Shown: positions 1-7,990 of the stretch, in pieces | How the letters are laid out: each line of letters opens with the position of its first letter | Numbering within the stretch: position 1 is the first letter of the stretch | Origin: an uncultured bacterium | Lineage (GTDB): Bacteria; Zixibacteria; MSB-5A5; UBA10806 | Assembly (NCBI GenBank): GCA_965541585.1 | Contig: CBEUCH010000020.1 | Span: 1 to 47,584, forward strand | Direction of reading: 5' to 3' | Length of the DNA stretch: 47,584 nucleotides | Position numbers and translations under genes: made by a program | Notes under the pieces: model-generated | Seen by the model: only the letters and a program-made list of their open reading frames with translations | Database searches by the model: none | What the model was told of the DNA's origin: nothing

Positions 1-584
1 CGCCTTTTGCCATCTCGTTCGGCCCCCGTCTGGCGGCAGGAGTCGGAAAGATAAAAGTCTTGACCAGACTGCTCAATGTTTCATCAGTCGAGGAGGCCGA
101 AACAGCCGGAGTCGATTTAACCAACCATGTCATAATTGGCGGTTTTGGTTTCGCCGGCTTCACTCTGGCCTCGGCCCTGAGAGAATGCGGGGTACCCTAT
201 CTGATCGTCGATATTAATCCCGAGAACATCCAGAAGGCAGAGGCCCTGGGGCATCCGGTATTCTTCGGCGACATCTCCAGTCCGGACGTTCTGCAGAAAC
301 TCGGAATATCATCTGCCACAGAGTTGATTCTTGTCATCAACGATCCCGGCGCCCTGGAAAAGGCGATAAAAGCTGCGCGGGAAGTTGCTCCGGGAGTTCA
401 TATAGTTGTCAGGACCCCGTATCTTCTCGATCTTGAAACTCTGACGAAGGCTGGGGCGCAGACCGTCATCCCCGCCGAAAGAGAATCAGCGGCGCAGGTG
501 GCGTCTCATGTGCTCACCAGGCACTGCGTGTCAGATGATATAATAAGCGAGAGAGTGGCCTCGATTCGAAAGATGAAAGAATAG
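1..584 (+). CDS. C-terminal part of a Kef-type cation/H+ antiporter (TrkA-N/KTN domain), 5' truncated by the window
   Basis: Frame open from the window start (PFAISFGPRLAAG...). Rossmann-like HVIIGGFGFAG, then VDINPENI, FFGDISSPDVL and IVVRT as in KefB/KefC KTN domains. Confidence 0.8.
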   Translation, partial: PFAISFGPRLAAGVGKIKVLTRLLNVSSVEEAETAGVDLTNHVIIGGFGFAGFTLASALRECGVPYLIVDINPENIQKAEALGHPVFFGDISSPDVLQKLGISSATELILVINDPGALEKAIKAAREVAPGVHIVVRTPYLLDLETLTKAGAQTVIPAERESAAQVASHVLTRHCVSDDIISERVASIRKMKE

Positions 585-753
585 CGCGAGCGTAGCAAAC
601 AGATCGCCCTCCGTCACTCGATCCCTCGACAAGAACCGCGATTTTCCGTAGCCTTTTAAGGAACAATATCTATAATCGTCGGGTTGCATATGCCGTCGGT
701 GTTGTTTATGTTAATGGGAAGCAATATCGATTAGAAGATCACAGATAAAGCAG

Positions 754-789
754 GTCGGGTTCCGCGTGAAGCGAAACAAGAACCCCGAC
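754..789. repeat. Intergenic stem-loop, possibly REP-like
   Basis: GTCGGGTTC (754-762) pairs with GAACCCCGAC (780-789), just upstream of the sod RBS. Confidence 0.4.
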
Positions 790-817
790 AAAAGGCAAAA
801 AATAAGGGAGAGCAAAG

Positions 818-1444
818 ATGGCTTACGAGTGGAAGTTCAATCCCCGTCCATATTCGGATGATGAGGCGAAGAAGCTGTTGAAGGACGTAGTTTCTGCGGA
901 GACTACCGACTGGCATTACAACAAGCATCACAAGGGCTACGTGGCGGCGCTCAACACAATTGAGAAAGGTCTTGAGAAGGCCGATCCCGCCGATGCCAAC
1001 GGCAACTACTCCGAGATCGGCGAGCTGAAACGCCAGCGCAACTGGAATCATGCCGGCGCGCTTCTGCATGATGTTTACTGGGATGTGCTGGGCGGCGACG
1101 GCGATCCCTCTAAAGGCCCGGACGTCCTCAAGGCTCTTGAGAAGGAGTTCGGCAGTTTCGATAAGTGGAAAGAAGATTTCAAAGCGACCGCCTTTGCGGC
1201 CAAGCTTTCCGGCTGGGGTATCCTGGTATTCGACAAGCTCTACAGCGGGCGGCTCATCAATGTCCTGGTGGATCACCATCATCACGGCGCCATGTGGGGC
1301 GGCATTCCGCTTATCTCCTGCGACGTCTTCGAGCATGCTTACTACCACAAGGACGGCCCCGGCAGGGCGGCCTATATCGACAATTTCATAAGCAATCTCC
1401 ACTGGGGCCGGATAAACGAGCGGTACAAAAAGTTAGTTGCGTAG
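818..1444 (+). CDS. sod: Fe/Mn superoxide dismutase
   Basis: Metal-ligand motifs HYNKHH, LHDVYW and DVFEHAYY; FGSFDKWK and SGWG; RBS AAGGGAG upstream. Confidence 0.92.
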   Translation: MAYEWKFNPRPYSDDEAKKLLKDVVSAETTDWHYNKHHKGYVAALNTIEKGLEKADPADANGNYSEIGELKRQRNWNHAGALLHDVYWDVLGGDGDPSKGPDVLKALEKEFGSFDKWKEDFKATAFAAKLSGWGILVFDKLYSGRLINVLVDHHHHGAMWGGIPLISCDVFEHAYYHKDGPGRAAYIDNFISNLHWGRINERYKKLVA

Positions 1445-1471
1445 GGAAGGGGAATGCCTGACTAACGCTGT

Positions 1472-1519
1472 GGCGTCACGTCTCTCTACGAGCCGTAGGC
1501 CGCACGTGGCGCCTTTTTT
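1472..1519 (+). terminator. Probable intrinsic terminator after sod
   Basis: GGCGTCACGT (1472-1481) pairs with ACGTGGCGCC (1504-1513), followed by TTTTTT. Confidence 0.55.
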
Positions 1520-1527
1520 CTTTATGC

Positions 1528-1664
1528 TCCGTAGGGGCGAGGTCACCTCGCCCCTACAATATCAAATTCCCATGTCCTGTAGGGGCAAGGTCTCCTTGCC
1601 CGCAGGGAGCGAAGTAATCTCACGACGGGCGAGGGGTGTGGCAATCCCAAACTTGTTTGGGATT
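1528..1664 (+). repeat. Composite REP-like element, copy 1
   Basis: Contains the GTAGGGGCGAGG-TCA-CCTCGCCCCTAC palindrome, a second GTAGGGGCAAGG..CCTTGCCC hairpin and an AATCCCAAAC..GTTTGGGATT hairpin. Near-identical to 2801-2936. Confidence 0.9.
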
Positions 1665-1830
1665 GATTACAATGTTCCGTCAGCTCGCAGCGAAAAGTGA
1701 CCTGAGGGTTTAATTCTCAAAGGCCATGGTGTGACGGCACAAGGCGGTTCAATAAATAATATGGTTGCTTTTCATGTATATGTGGTATAAGTTGGACGTA
1801 GATTTTGAGAATCTGTCAGATCTGTTAGTT

Positions 1831-2730
1831 ATGGATATGGATACGAAAATACCGCCGATGCCCCCGGCCTATAAGAAACGCCATATCCTAGTGACTGTTA
1901 TCTTGACTGTTCTAGGTTTTGGTCTCCCTCTTATATATTGCGGCTATCTGAAAGCGGGACTGCTCATTGAAGTTGGGACCATGATTTTCATCTTCATGCT
2001 ATTCGTTCTCGAAGGGGTTGTCCCGACTCTACCTACAACGATTTTGCTATTCTCTGCATTCATTTTGCTTTTTGTATCATTGCTAATTATTAACATTCGT
2101 TTTACTCTTATTTCAAATCGCCTTCAAAAACCTCGGTTGAGATATGCGTGGCTATGGATCGTGGGAGTCATCATGGTAACCGGGACAGTAGATTACGTCG
2201 GTGTTTCAATTATCGAATCTAATGTTGTTGAAGCATATAAGATCCCGGCGTCAAGTATGGAACCGACCATGCTTGTCGGCGACTATCTTATGGCGACCAA
2301 AGGAATAGATCCCGAAGAACTCCAGTATGGCGATATCATAATTTTCAAATATCCCTTTAATCAGAATCAAAACTATATAAAGAGACTGATTGCCAAGGAG
2401 GGCGATACTATAGACATAATAGATAAAGAAATATATAGAAACGGAGAAAAGCTCATCGAGCCTTATACGAAGCACATGGACTCTGTTATCATTCCTTATT
2501 ATGATAACGGCCGCTGGGGTCAGTATCGTCGCGACAACATGCCGGAGATAGAAATACCGCCGGGCAGGTTGTTCGTCCTCGGCGATAACCGAGACAACTC
2601 TGCCGATTCCCGCTTCTGGGGCTTTCTGGACGAGGATCTGGTAATCGGCAGAGCCCGTTTCATAGATTTCTCCTGGGATTCAGAAAATAATCGGATCCGC
2701 TGGGAGAGAATGGGAAAGAGATTGGATTAG
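1831..2730 (+). CDS. lepB: Signal peptidase I with a multi-TM N-terminal extension
   Basis: Ser motif IPASSMEPTMLVGD, Lys motif YIKRLIA, and GDNRDNSADSRFWG. Start uncertain (ATG 1831 or 1837 preferred over TTG 1765). Confidence 0.9.
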   Translation: MDMDTKIPPMPPAYKKRHILVTVILTVLGFGLPLIYCGYLKAGLLIEVGTMIFIFMLFVLEGVVPTLPTTILLFSAFILLFVSLLIINIRFTLISNRLQKPRLRYAWLWIVGVIMVTGTVDYVGVSIIESNVVEAYKIPASSMEPTMLVGDYLMATKGIDPEELQYGDIIIFKYPFNQNQNYIKRLIAKEGDTIDIIDKEIYRNGEKLIEPYTKHMDSVIIPYYDNGRWGQYRRDNMPEIEIPPGRLFVLGDNRDNSADSRFWGFLDEDLVIGRARFIDFSWDSENNRIRWERMGKRLD

Positions 2731-2748
2731 AGAAAACTACGCGTTTGC

Positions 2749-2780
2749 GTGGTTGGCAGACGGGGACGTCTACCAACCAC
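2749..2780. repeat. Stem-loop downstream of lepB
   Basis: GTGGTTGGCAGACG-GGGA-CGTCTACCAACCAC, a 14-position stem with one mismatch. Confidence 0.6.
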
Positions 2781-2800
2781 AGAAACATATTTAATCACAT

Positions 2801-2936
2801 TCCGTAGGGGCGAGGTGACCTCGCCCCTACAATATCAAATTCCCATGTCCTGTAGGGGCAAGGTCTCCTTGCCCGCAGGGAGCGAAGCAATCTCCGATGG
2901 GCGAGGGGTGTGGCAATCCCCAACTTGTTTGGGATT
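2801..2936 (+). repeat. Composite REP-like element, copy 2
   Basis: Direct repeat of 1528-1664 with only a few differences. Confidence 0.9.
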
Positions 2937-3035
2937 TATCCATGATCCTTATTACCTTGTAAAATCCTCCATTTTCCCTTATCTTTCCTCCGGTTGGCTA
3001 AATAAGTCCCGATCTCTTCGTGAAGGGAAAAGAAG

Positions 3036-5609
3036 ATGAATTTGAAAAACGGTATATACAGGATTCTCGCGTTGGCTGCGGCCTCGGCAGTCTTGCTTTT
3101 TGCGGTTTTAATCACCAGTGAGGATAAAACCATCACACCCGAAAAATTCAAAGAATATAAACTCGCCAAACGTGGCGGCGACACCTCCAGGAAACCGTCG
3201 GAATGGTTCACGCTTCAGCGTGCATACCCGAACGAGAATATACCTTTCACCGCCTATAAAAGAGCCTTGAGTCGCGCCGAGAGATTGCGCAATAACGATC
3301 TGGGTTTGCAGATCGGGACCTGGATAGCCGCCGGGCCGTCCAACGTGGGAGGGAGAATCACCGATGTCGCCGTCCACCCCGATTACCCGGAATTAATCTA
3401 TGCCGGGGCCGCATTGGGTGGTGTCTTAAAGTCGACCGATAGCGGTACCAGTTGGACCGCTATTTCCGATGCCGTTCCCTCGCTTTCGGTCGGCGATATA
3501 GAGGTCGATCCCTGGGACCCCGATATACTTTATCTTGGCACCGGCGAATCAAACTCCAGCGGCGACTCGTATGCCGGTACCGGGATGTATAAGACGACCG
3601 ACGGCGGGACGACGTGGGATTTCATCGGGCTGCCCGATTCCCGTCATATCGGCCGGATAGTAATCGATCCCTTCAACTCACAAAGAATTTTCGTGGCCGC
3701 CATGGGTACGCTTTTCGGCACCAATCCCGAACGCGGCGTATATCGCAGCCTCGACGGCGGCGATTCATGGGAGCAGGTTTTGTTCATCACCGATTCCACC
3801 GGCGCAGCGGACCTGGCTATCAATCCTCAGAATCCGGATATAATCTACGCTGCTATGTGGGAGCGTATCAGAAGCCCCAGCCGCCGAAACGTGGGAGGTC
3901 TTACCAGCGGCATCTGGCGCTCTACCGACGGGGGCGACAGCTGGGAGCATCTCACCATCGGCCTCCCGGCGCCGTCGACAACCAACGGACGGATCGGCCT
4001 GGCGATCTCTCCCGCCGATCCCGATTACGTTTACGCCAGTATGGTCGACCATCCCGGCCGCGTGATGGGAATGTGGCGCAGCACTAACGGCGGTAATAGC
4101 TGGCAATCGCGGCTAAACTCGCCCGATCCCTGGAGTTTTTCCGGTTTCGGATGGTATTTCGGGCGCATCTGGGCGCACCCCACCAACAGGGATATCGTCT
4201 ATTTCGGCGACGTGGGACTATGGCAGAGTTCCGATGGCGCCGCCAACTGGTACAACATAATAGGCTCTATCATGCATGTCGATATGCACGCGCTTTATCA
4301 GGACCCGGGAAATCCGGACTATATGGTGGTCGGCAACGACGGCGGTATATTCATCTCACGGAACGGCGGGAATTCATGGACGAAATCTTATGATCTGCCA
4401 ATCACGCAATTCTATGGCATAACCATCGACTATCTGCAACCGCATCGCCTCTACGGCGGCACCCAGGATAACAGCACGCCCAGGACCCTCGACGGCCAGC
4501 ATGATAACTGGGATGTCATTTTCTATGGAGACGGTTTCTATTGCAATGTCGATTTTACCAATTCGAATGTAATTTACGCTGAAGCCCAGTACGGTTATCT
4601 CGGCAGATCGACCAATCTCGGCCAGAGCTGGAGCATCATCACCGATGGTATTAACGGCAATGAGCGAACCAACTGGAGTACGCCGGTCGTCATGAGCCCG
4701 CATGACAATAACGTACTTTTCTATGGCGCCGAGCGACTTTATAAAACGATAAACCGTGGGGACTGGTGGAACGCCATCAGCCCTGATCTCACCGGCGGCT
4801 ATGATCCCGGCAATCTCGTTTACGGCACTATTACGACCATTGGAGTCTCGCCGGTCTCGGAGGATGTGATCTGGGCCGGCACCGACGACAGCAGAGTCTG
4901 GGTGACAACGAACGGCGGAGGAAACTGGAACCGGGTCTCCGATGAATTGCCTAATCGCTGGTGCACGAGAGTGACTCCCGATGTTTTCGATCAGGCTGCA
5001 GCCTATGCGACATTCTCCGGTTATAAAAACGATCAGCTTCTGCCGCATATATTTAAAACTACTGATTATGGTGTCAACTGGATAGACATAAGCGGTGATC
5101 TTGTCGATATCCCCATCAACGATATCCTGCCCGATCCTTTGCATTCCGGATGGCTTTATGCCGGTACGGATTTTGGAGTGTTCTATACGACCGATGGCGG
5201 CGATCAGTGGCGCGTTTTGGGGGATGGTCATCCAATCTGTTCGGTCTTCGATATAGCCCTCCATAGCCAGGAGCGAAAGCTCGTCTCGGGCACACATGGC
5301 CGCTCGATGTATACCTACGATCTGACTCAACTCGAGGGACCCGATTGCCAGTATATTCCCGGCGACGTCGACCATAACGGTATCTCATTAGAGCTTAGCG
5401 ATGTTATCTCTATGATAGCCGGTTATCGAGGCATGGCCGAACCGAATTATACATGCGATTGTCCACCGCATGGCAGCGATTTTGCCCCGGCGCACGATCC
5501 CGATGGCAACTGTATAGCCTTCGAGCTAAATGACGTCGTCCATATGATTTCCGTCTATAGAGGACAGGCAACAGCAACAGGCTGCGAGGATTGCCCGGGC
5601 CAGCGCTGA
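3036..5609 (+). CDS. Secreted BNR/Asp-box (VPS10/GH74-like) beta-propeller protein with a C-terminal Cys-rich dockerin-like module
   Basis: N-terminal hydrophobic signal or anchor; many S/T-x-D/N-G-G-x-S/T-W Asp boxes; GPSNVGGRITD, YGGTQDNS and GTHGRS motifs; C-terminal GDVDHNG..ELSD..YRG duplicated. Confidence 0.85.
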   Translation: MNLKNGIYRILALAAASAVLLFAVLITSEDKTITPEKFKEYKLAKRGGDTSRKPSEWFTLQRAYPNENIPFTAYKRALSRAERLRNNDLGLQIGTWIAAGPSNVGGRITDVAVHPDYPELIYAGAALGGVLKSTDSGTSWTAISDAVPSLSVGDIEVDPWDPDILYLGTGESNSSGDSYAGTGMYKTTDGGTTWDFIGLPDSRHIGRIVIDPFNSQRIFVAAMGTLFGTNPERGVYRSLDGGDSWEQVLFITDSTGAADLAINPQNPDIIYAAMWERIRSPSRRNVGGLTSGIWRSTDGGDSWEHLTIGLPAPSTTNGRIGLAISPADPDYVYASMVDHPGRVMGMWRSTNGGNSWQSRLNSPDPWSFSGFGWYFGRIWAHPTNRDIVYFGDVGLWQSSDGAANWYNIIGSIMHVDMHALYQDPGNPDYMVVGNDGGIFISRNGGNSWTKSYDLPITQFYGITIDYLQPHRLYGGTQDNSTPRTLDGQHDNWDVIFYGDGFYCNVDFTNSNVIYAEAQYGYLGRSTNLGQSWSIITDGINGNERTNWSTPVVMSPHDNNVLFYGAERLYKTINRGDWWNAISPDLTGGYDPGNLVYGTITTIGVSPVSEDVIWAGTDDSRVWVTTNGGGNWNRVSDELPNRWCTRVTPDVFDQAAAYATFSGYKNDQLLPHIFKTTDYGVNWIDISGDLVDIPINDILPDPLHSGWLYAGTDFGVFYTTDGGDQWRVLGDGHPICSVFDIALHSQERKLVSGTHGRSMYTYDLTQLEGPDCQYIPGDVDHNGISLELSDVISMIAGYRGMAEPNYTCDCPPHGSDFAPAHDPDGNCIAFELNDVVHMISVYRGQATATGCEDCPGQR

Positions 5610-5829
5610 TCGCCAAGTTTTCGCCCGAGAATGACAATTATAGATACCTACCCAGTCTGTATCTAGTCAGTGTCAAAAGACTGAAAAAAGGCTTGACAAA
5701 AAATGGGCAATCTATGATATTTCAACAAGATTATGGTGCGATATTCCATTTTTGTGGAATAGAGCTGTGGCTTCGTTTGGCACTTATTCAAAACCAGCAT
5801 AAGTGACCTTTACCCAAGGGGAGGTTCGG

Positions 5830-7836
5830 ATGTTTCGTTGCGCAGGATTTTTTCTGGTATTGGCATCCCTGTTTTTCACCCAGCAGGTTCTGGGAGATCC
5901 TCTTGATGCTTATGGATATATTCAAGGTGTGGTCAAAGACACGGATGGAGATCCGCTTCATCGCGTCGCCATGGAAACCGTTGCCCATGATACTATTGTT
6001 GTTAACGATCAGACTGATGAAAGGGGACGGTATTCATTGGCTGTTCCGCTTTTCGTTGAAGATTCGATTGAAGTTAACGTAAAATCTTCTAAGTTTAAAT
6101 ATATCCCGGATAGCACAAATGTATGGGCCGTATTCGGACGAATGACCCTCCTGAATTTTGAATTAGCGTGTGCGGCAGGGCCAATTCGTGGCACCATTAC
6201 TGATACGCAGTTCGGGGAGCCTATAGAAAGCGTATTTGTCTATGTCGCACCAGACACTGCGAAATCCACCTATTCGGATGCTTTGGGTGACTATAATCTT
6301 CGCATATATGATCCGAACGATTATACAATTTGCTTTACTCATCGTGATTTCATCCCGGATACCAGTGATACGGAGGCAGTCTGCTATGAAGACTATCAAA
6401 TCAATAGTGTTTTGGAGCGGGTTATCTGGCATGTCGCCGAGGTTGCCGACGATGATACGCTCCGGGGAAGCAGGAAATATCCATTCGATAGAATCCAGGA
6501 CGCGATCAATTTGGCGACTACGGATGATACGGTTCTGGTGGGGCCGGGTACGTACCTCGGAACAGAAGGTAATAATGACATTACTTTGAACGGCTCGAAT
6601 GGCCCACGTATAGCTGTCATTTCTGAAATGGGCCCTGAATCGACAATAATAGATTGTGAAGCGAATCAGGAATATCAGCACCGAGGTTTCATATTAGACG
6701 ATGATCCGGGATCGACGGTCGCTGGTTTCACAATCACCAACGCATATCATACAGATGGCGCCGGAATGTGGATTAAAACGGGAAGCACTTCAATCATCGA
6801 TAGGTGTATTTTCACAGGGAACATAGCCACTCAATCGGGCGCTGCCATTGCCGTTGAGCGCAGTTCACCAACTGTGAAAAACTGCATAATCAGCGATAAT
6901 ATCGCCGAGTTATCGGGTGGTGGAATCTATATTTACCGTCAAAGCGATTTACAGACGCAGATCGAAAACTGCACTATCGTTCGAAATTTGTCAGCTGAGG
7001 GAGGCGGAGCTTTCTGCGAGAGCACCGAACCTCATCCTATTATTAACAGATGCATCTTCTGGGGTAATATAGACGATCTACCGGGAGAATCGTCAGATCA
7101 GATAGGCACTTTAAACTCTGAGCCCATTGTAACCTATTGCAACGTGCAGGGTGAGCCTGTATGGCCCGGTCTGGAGAATATGAACTATCATCCCCTCTTT
7201 TGTGATTATAAAGAGGGTGACTTTTCCCTGGGGCTAAACTCCCCCTGCGCTGATTGGCCCATTGGGTCAGGATATATCGGCGCCCTGGGGAAAGCTTGCG
7301 ATTCGGTCAGCGTCATCTATGGATGGGTCACAGACTTGGTGAGTTTGGATTCTATACCCGATGTCATCGTGGAAGCCGTCTGCGACCTTAGCCCCACGGA
7401 AACCGACACCACCGATCAATACGGATATTATGAACTGGTCATCATCACCGGAGGAACAGATACGGCGGATGTTACATTCTCCCATCTCTCTTATGGTGAT
7501 TCTACGGTTGTTGACACTCAATTTACTATCGGATATTCAACGCGGCTGGATATGGTGTGGGAGACGTCCGATGAATGCTTATATGTCGCCGGCGATAGCG
7601 ATGAAAACGGCGTCGCGCGTGAGCTTACGGACGTTGTCAAGATGATTGCGTACTATAGAGGCTTTGATGAACCCGGCTACGTCTGCTTTTGCACGCCGGA
7701 GAATCCTGAGTACCAACCCGCCGCCGATCCGGACGGAAACTGCACTCCATATGAGCTTACCGACGTGGTCAAATCGATCGCCGCCTACAGAGGCCCCGAA
7801 CCGCTCTCCGGGTGTGTGGATTGCCCGGGTTCATGA
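5830..7836 (+). CDS. Secreted multidomain protein: carboxypeptidase-regulatory-like Ig domains, right-handed beta-helix, Cys-rich dockerin-like module
   Basis: RBS GGAGG before ATG 5830; signal peptide; IxGxVxD...TDxxGxYxL repeats; PFDRIQDAI..DTVLVGPGTY followed by GGG(I/A)..NC(I/T)IxxN beta-helix repeats. Confidence 0.8.
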   Translation: MFRCAGFFLVLASLFFTQQVLGDPLDAYGYIQGVVKDTDGDPLHRVAMETVAHDTIVVNDQTDERGRYSLAVPLFVEDSIEVNVKSSKFKYIPDSTNVWAVFGRMTLLNFELACAAGPIRGTITDTQFGEPIESVFVYVAPDTAKSTYSDALGDYNLRIYDPNDYTICFTHRDFIPDTSDTEAVCYEDYQINSVLERVIWHVAEVADDDTLRGSRKYPFDRIQDAINLATTDDTVLVGPGTYLGTEGNNDITLNGSNGPRIAVISEMGPESTIIDCEANQEYQHRGFILDDDPGSTVAGFTITNAYHTDGAGMWIKTGSTSIIDRCIFTGNIATQSGAAIAVERSSPTVKNCIISDNIAELSGGGIYIYRQSDLQTQIENCTIVRNLSAEGGGAFCESTEPHPIINRCIFWGNIDDLPGESSDQIGTLNSEPIVTYCNVQGEPVWPGLENMNYHPLFCDYKEGDFSLGLNSPCADWPIGSGYIGALGKACDSVSVIYGWVTDLVSLDSIPDVIVEAVCDLSPTETDTTDQYGYYELVIITGGTDTADVTFSHLSYGDSTVVDTQFTIGYSTRLDMVWETSDECLYVAGDSDENGVARELTDVVKMIAYYRGFDEPGYVCFCTPENPEYQPAADPDGNCTPYELTDVVKSIAAYRGPEPLSGCVDCPGS

Positions 7837-7867
7837 TAAAATACGTAGCTTATTGAACAGGGAAGAA

Positions 7868-7902
7868 AGCCCTTGACATTAAGGGCTATTTATGCTTATT
7901 AA
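7868..7902 (+). promoter_or_regulatory. Putative sigma70 promoter with an inverted repeat over the -35 box
   Basis: AGCCCTT-GACATT-AAGGGCT inverted repeat contains TTGACA (7873-7878); TATTAA follows after 18 bp. Confidence 0.35.
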
Positions 7903-7990
7903 TTTATCAGAATAGGGTTATCAGACATCTCGGACGGGCAGCAGCGGGGTAATTATATAGAATAGCAACTCGTAGAAAAGGGGAATTGTC

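Noticed and set aside
731..1402. 223-aa minus-strand ORF
   Set aside because: Antisense shadow of sod with no recognisable motifs.
1528..2936. Possible CRISPR array or IS ends
   Set aside because: Only two long copies 1.3 kb apart, no regular spacers, no cas or transposase gene.
1437..3039. Two short ORFs (1437-1700 and 2749-3039) sharing RRGEVTSPLQYQIPMSCRG
   Set aside because: The shared peptide is a translation of the non-coding direct repeat.
4374..5375. 333-aa minus-strand ORF
   Set aside because: Antisense to the well-supported propeller gene.
5693..5723. TTGACA upstream of the 5830 gene as a promoter
   Set aside because: The best -10 (TATGAT) is only 14 bp away; spacing is unconvincing.
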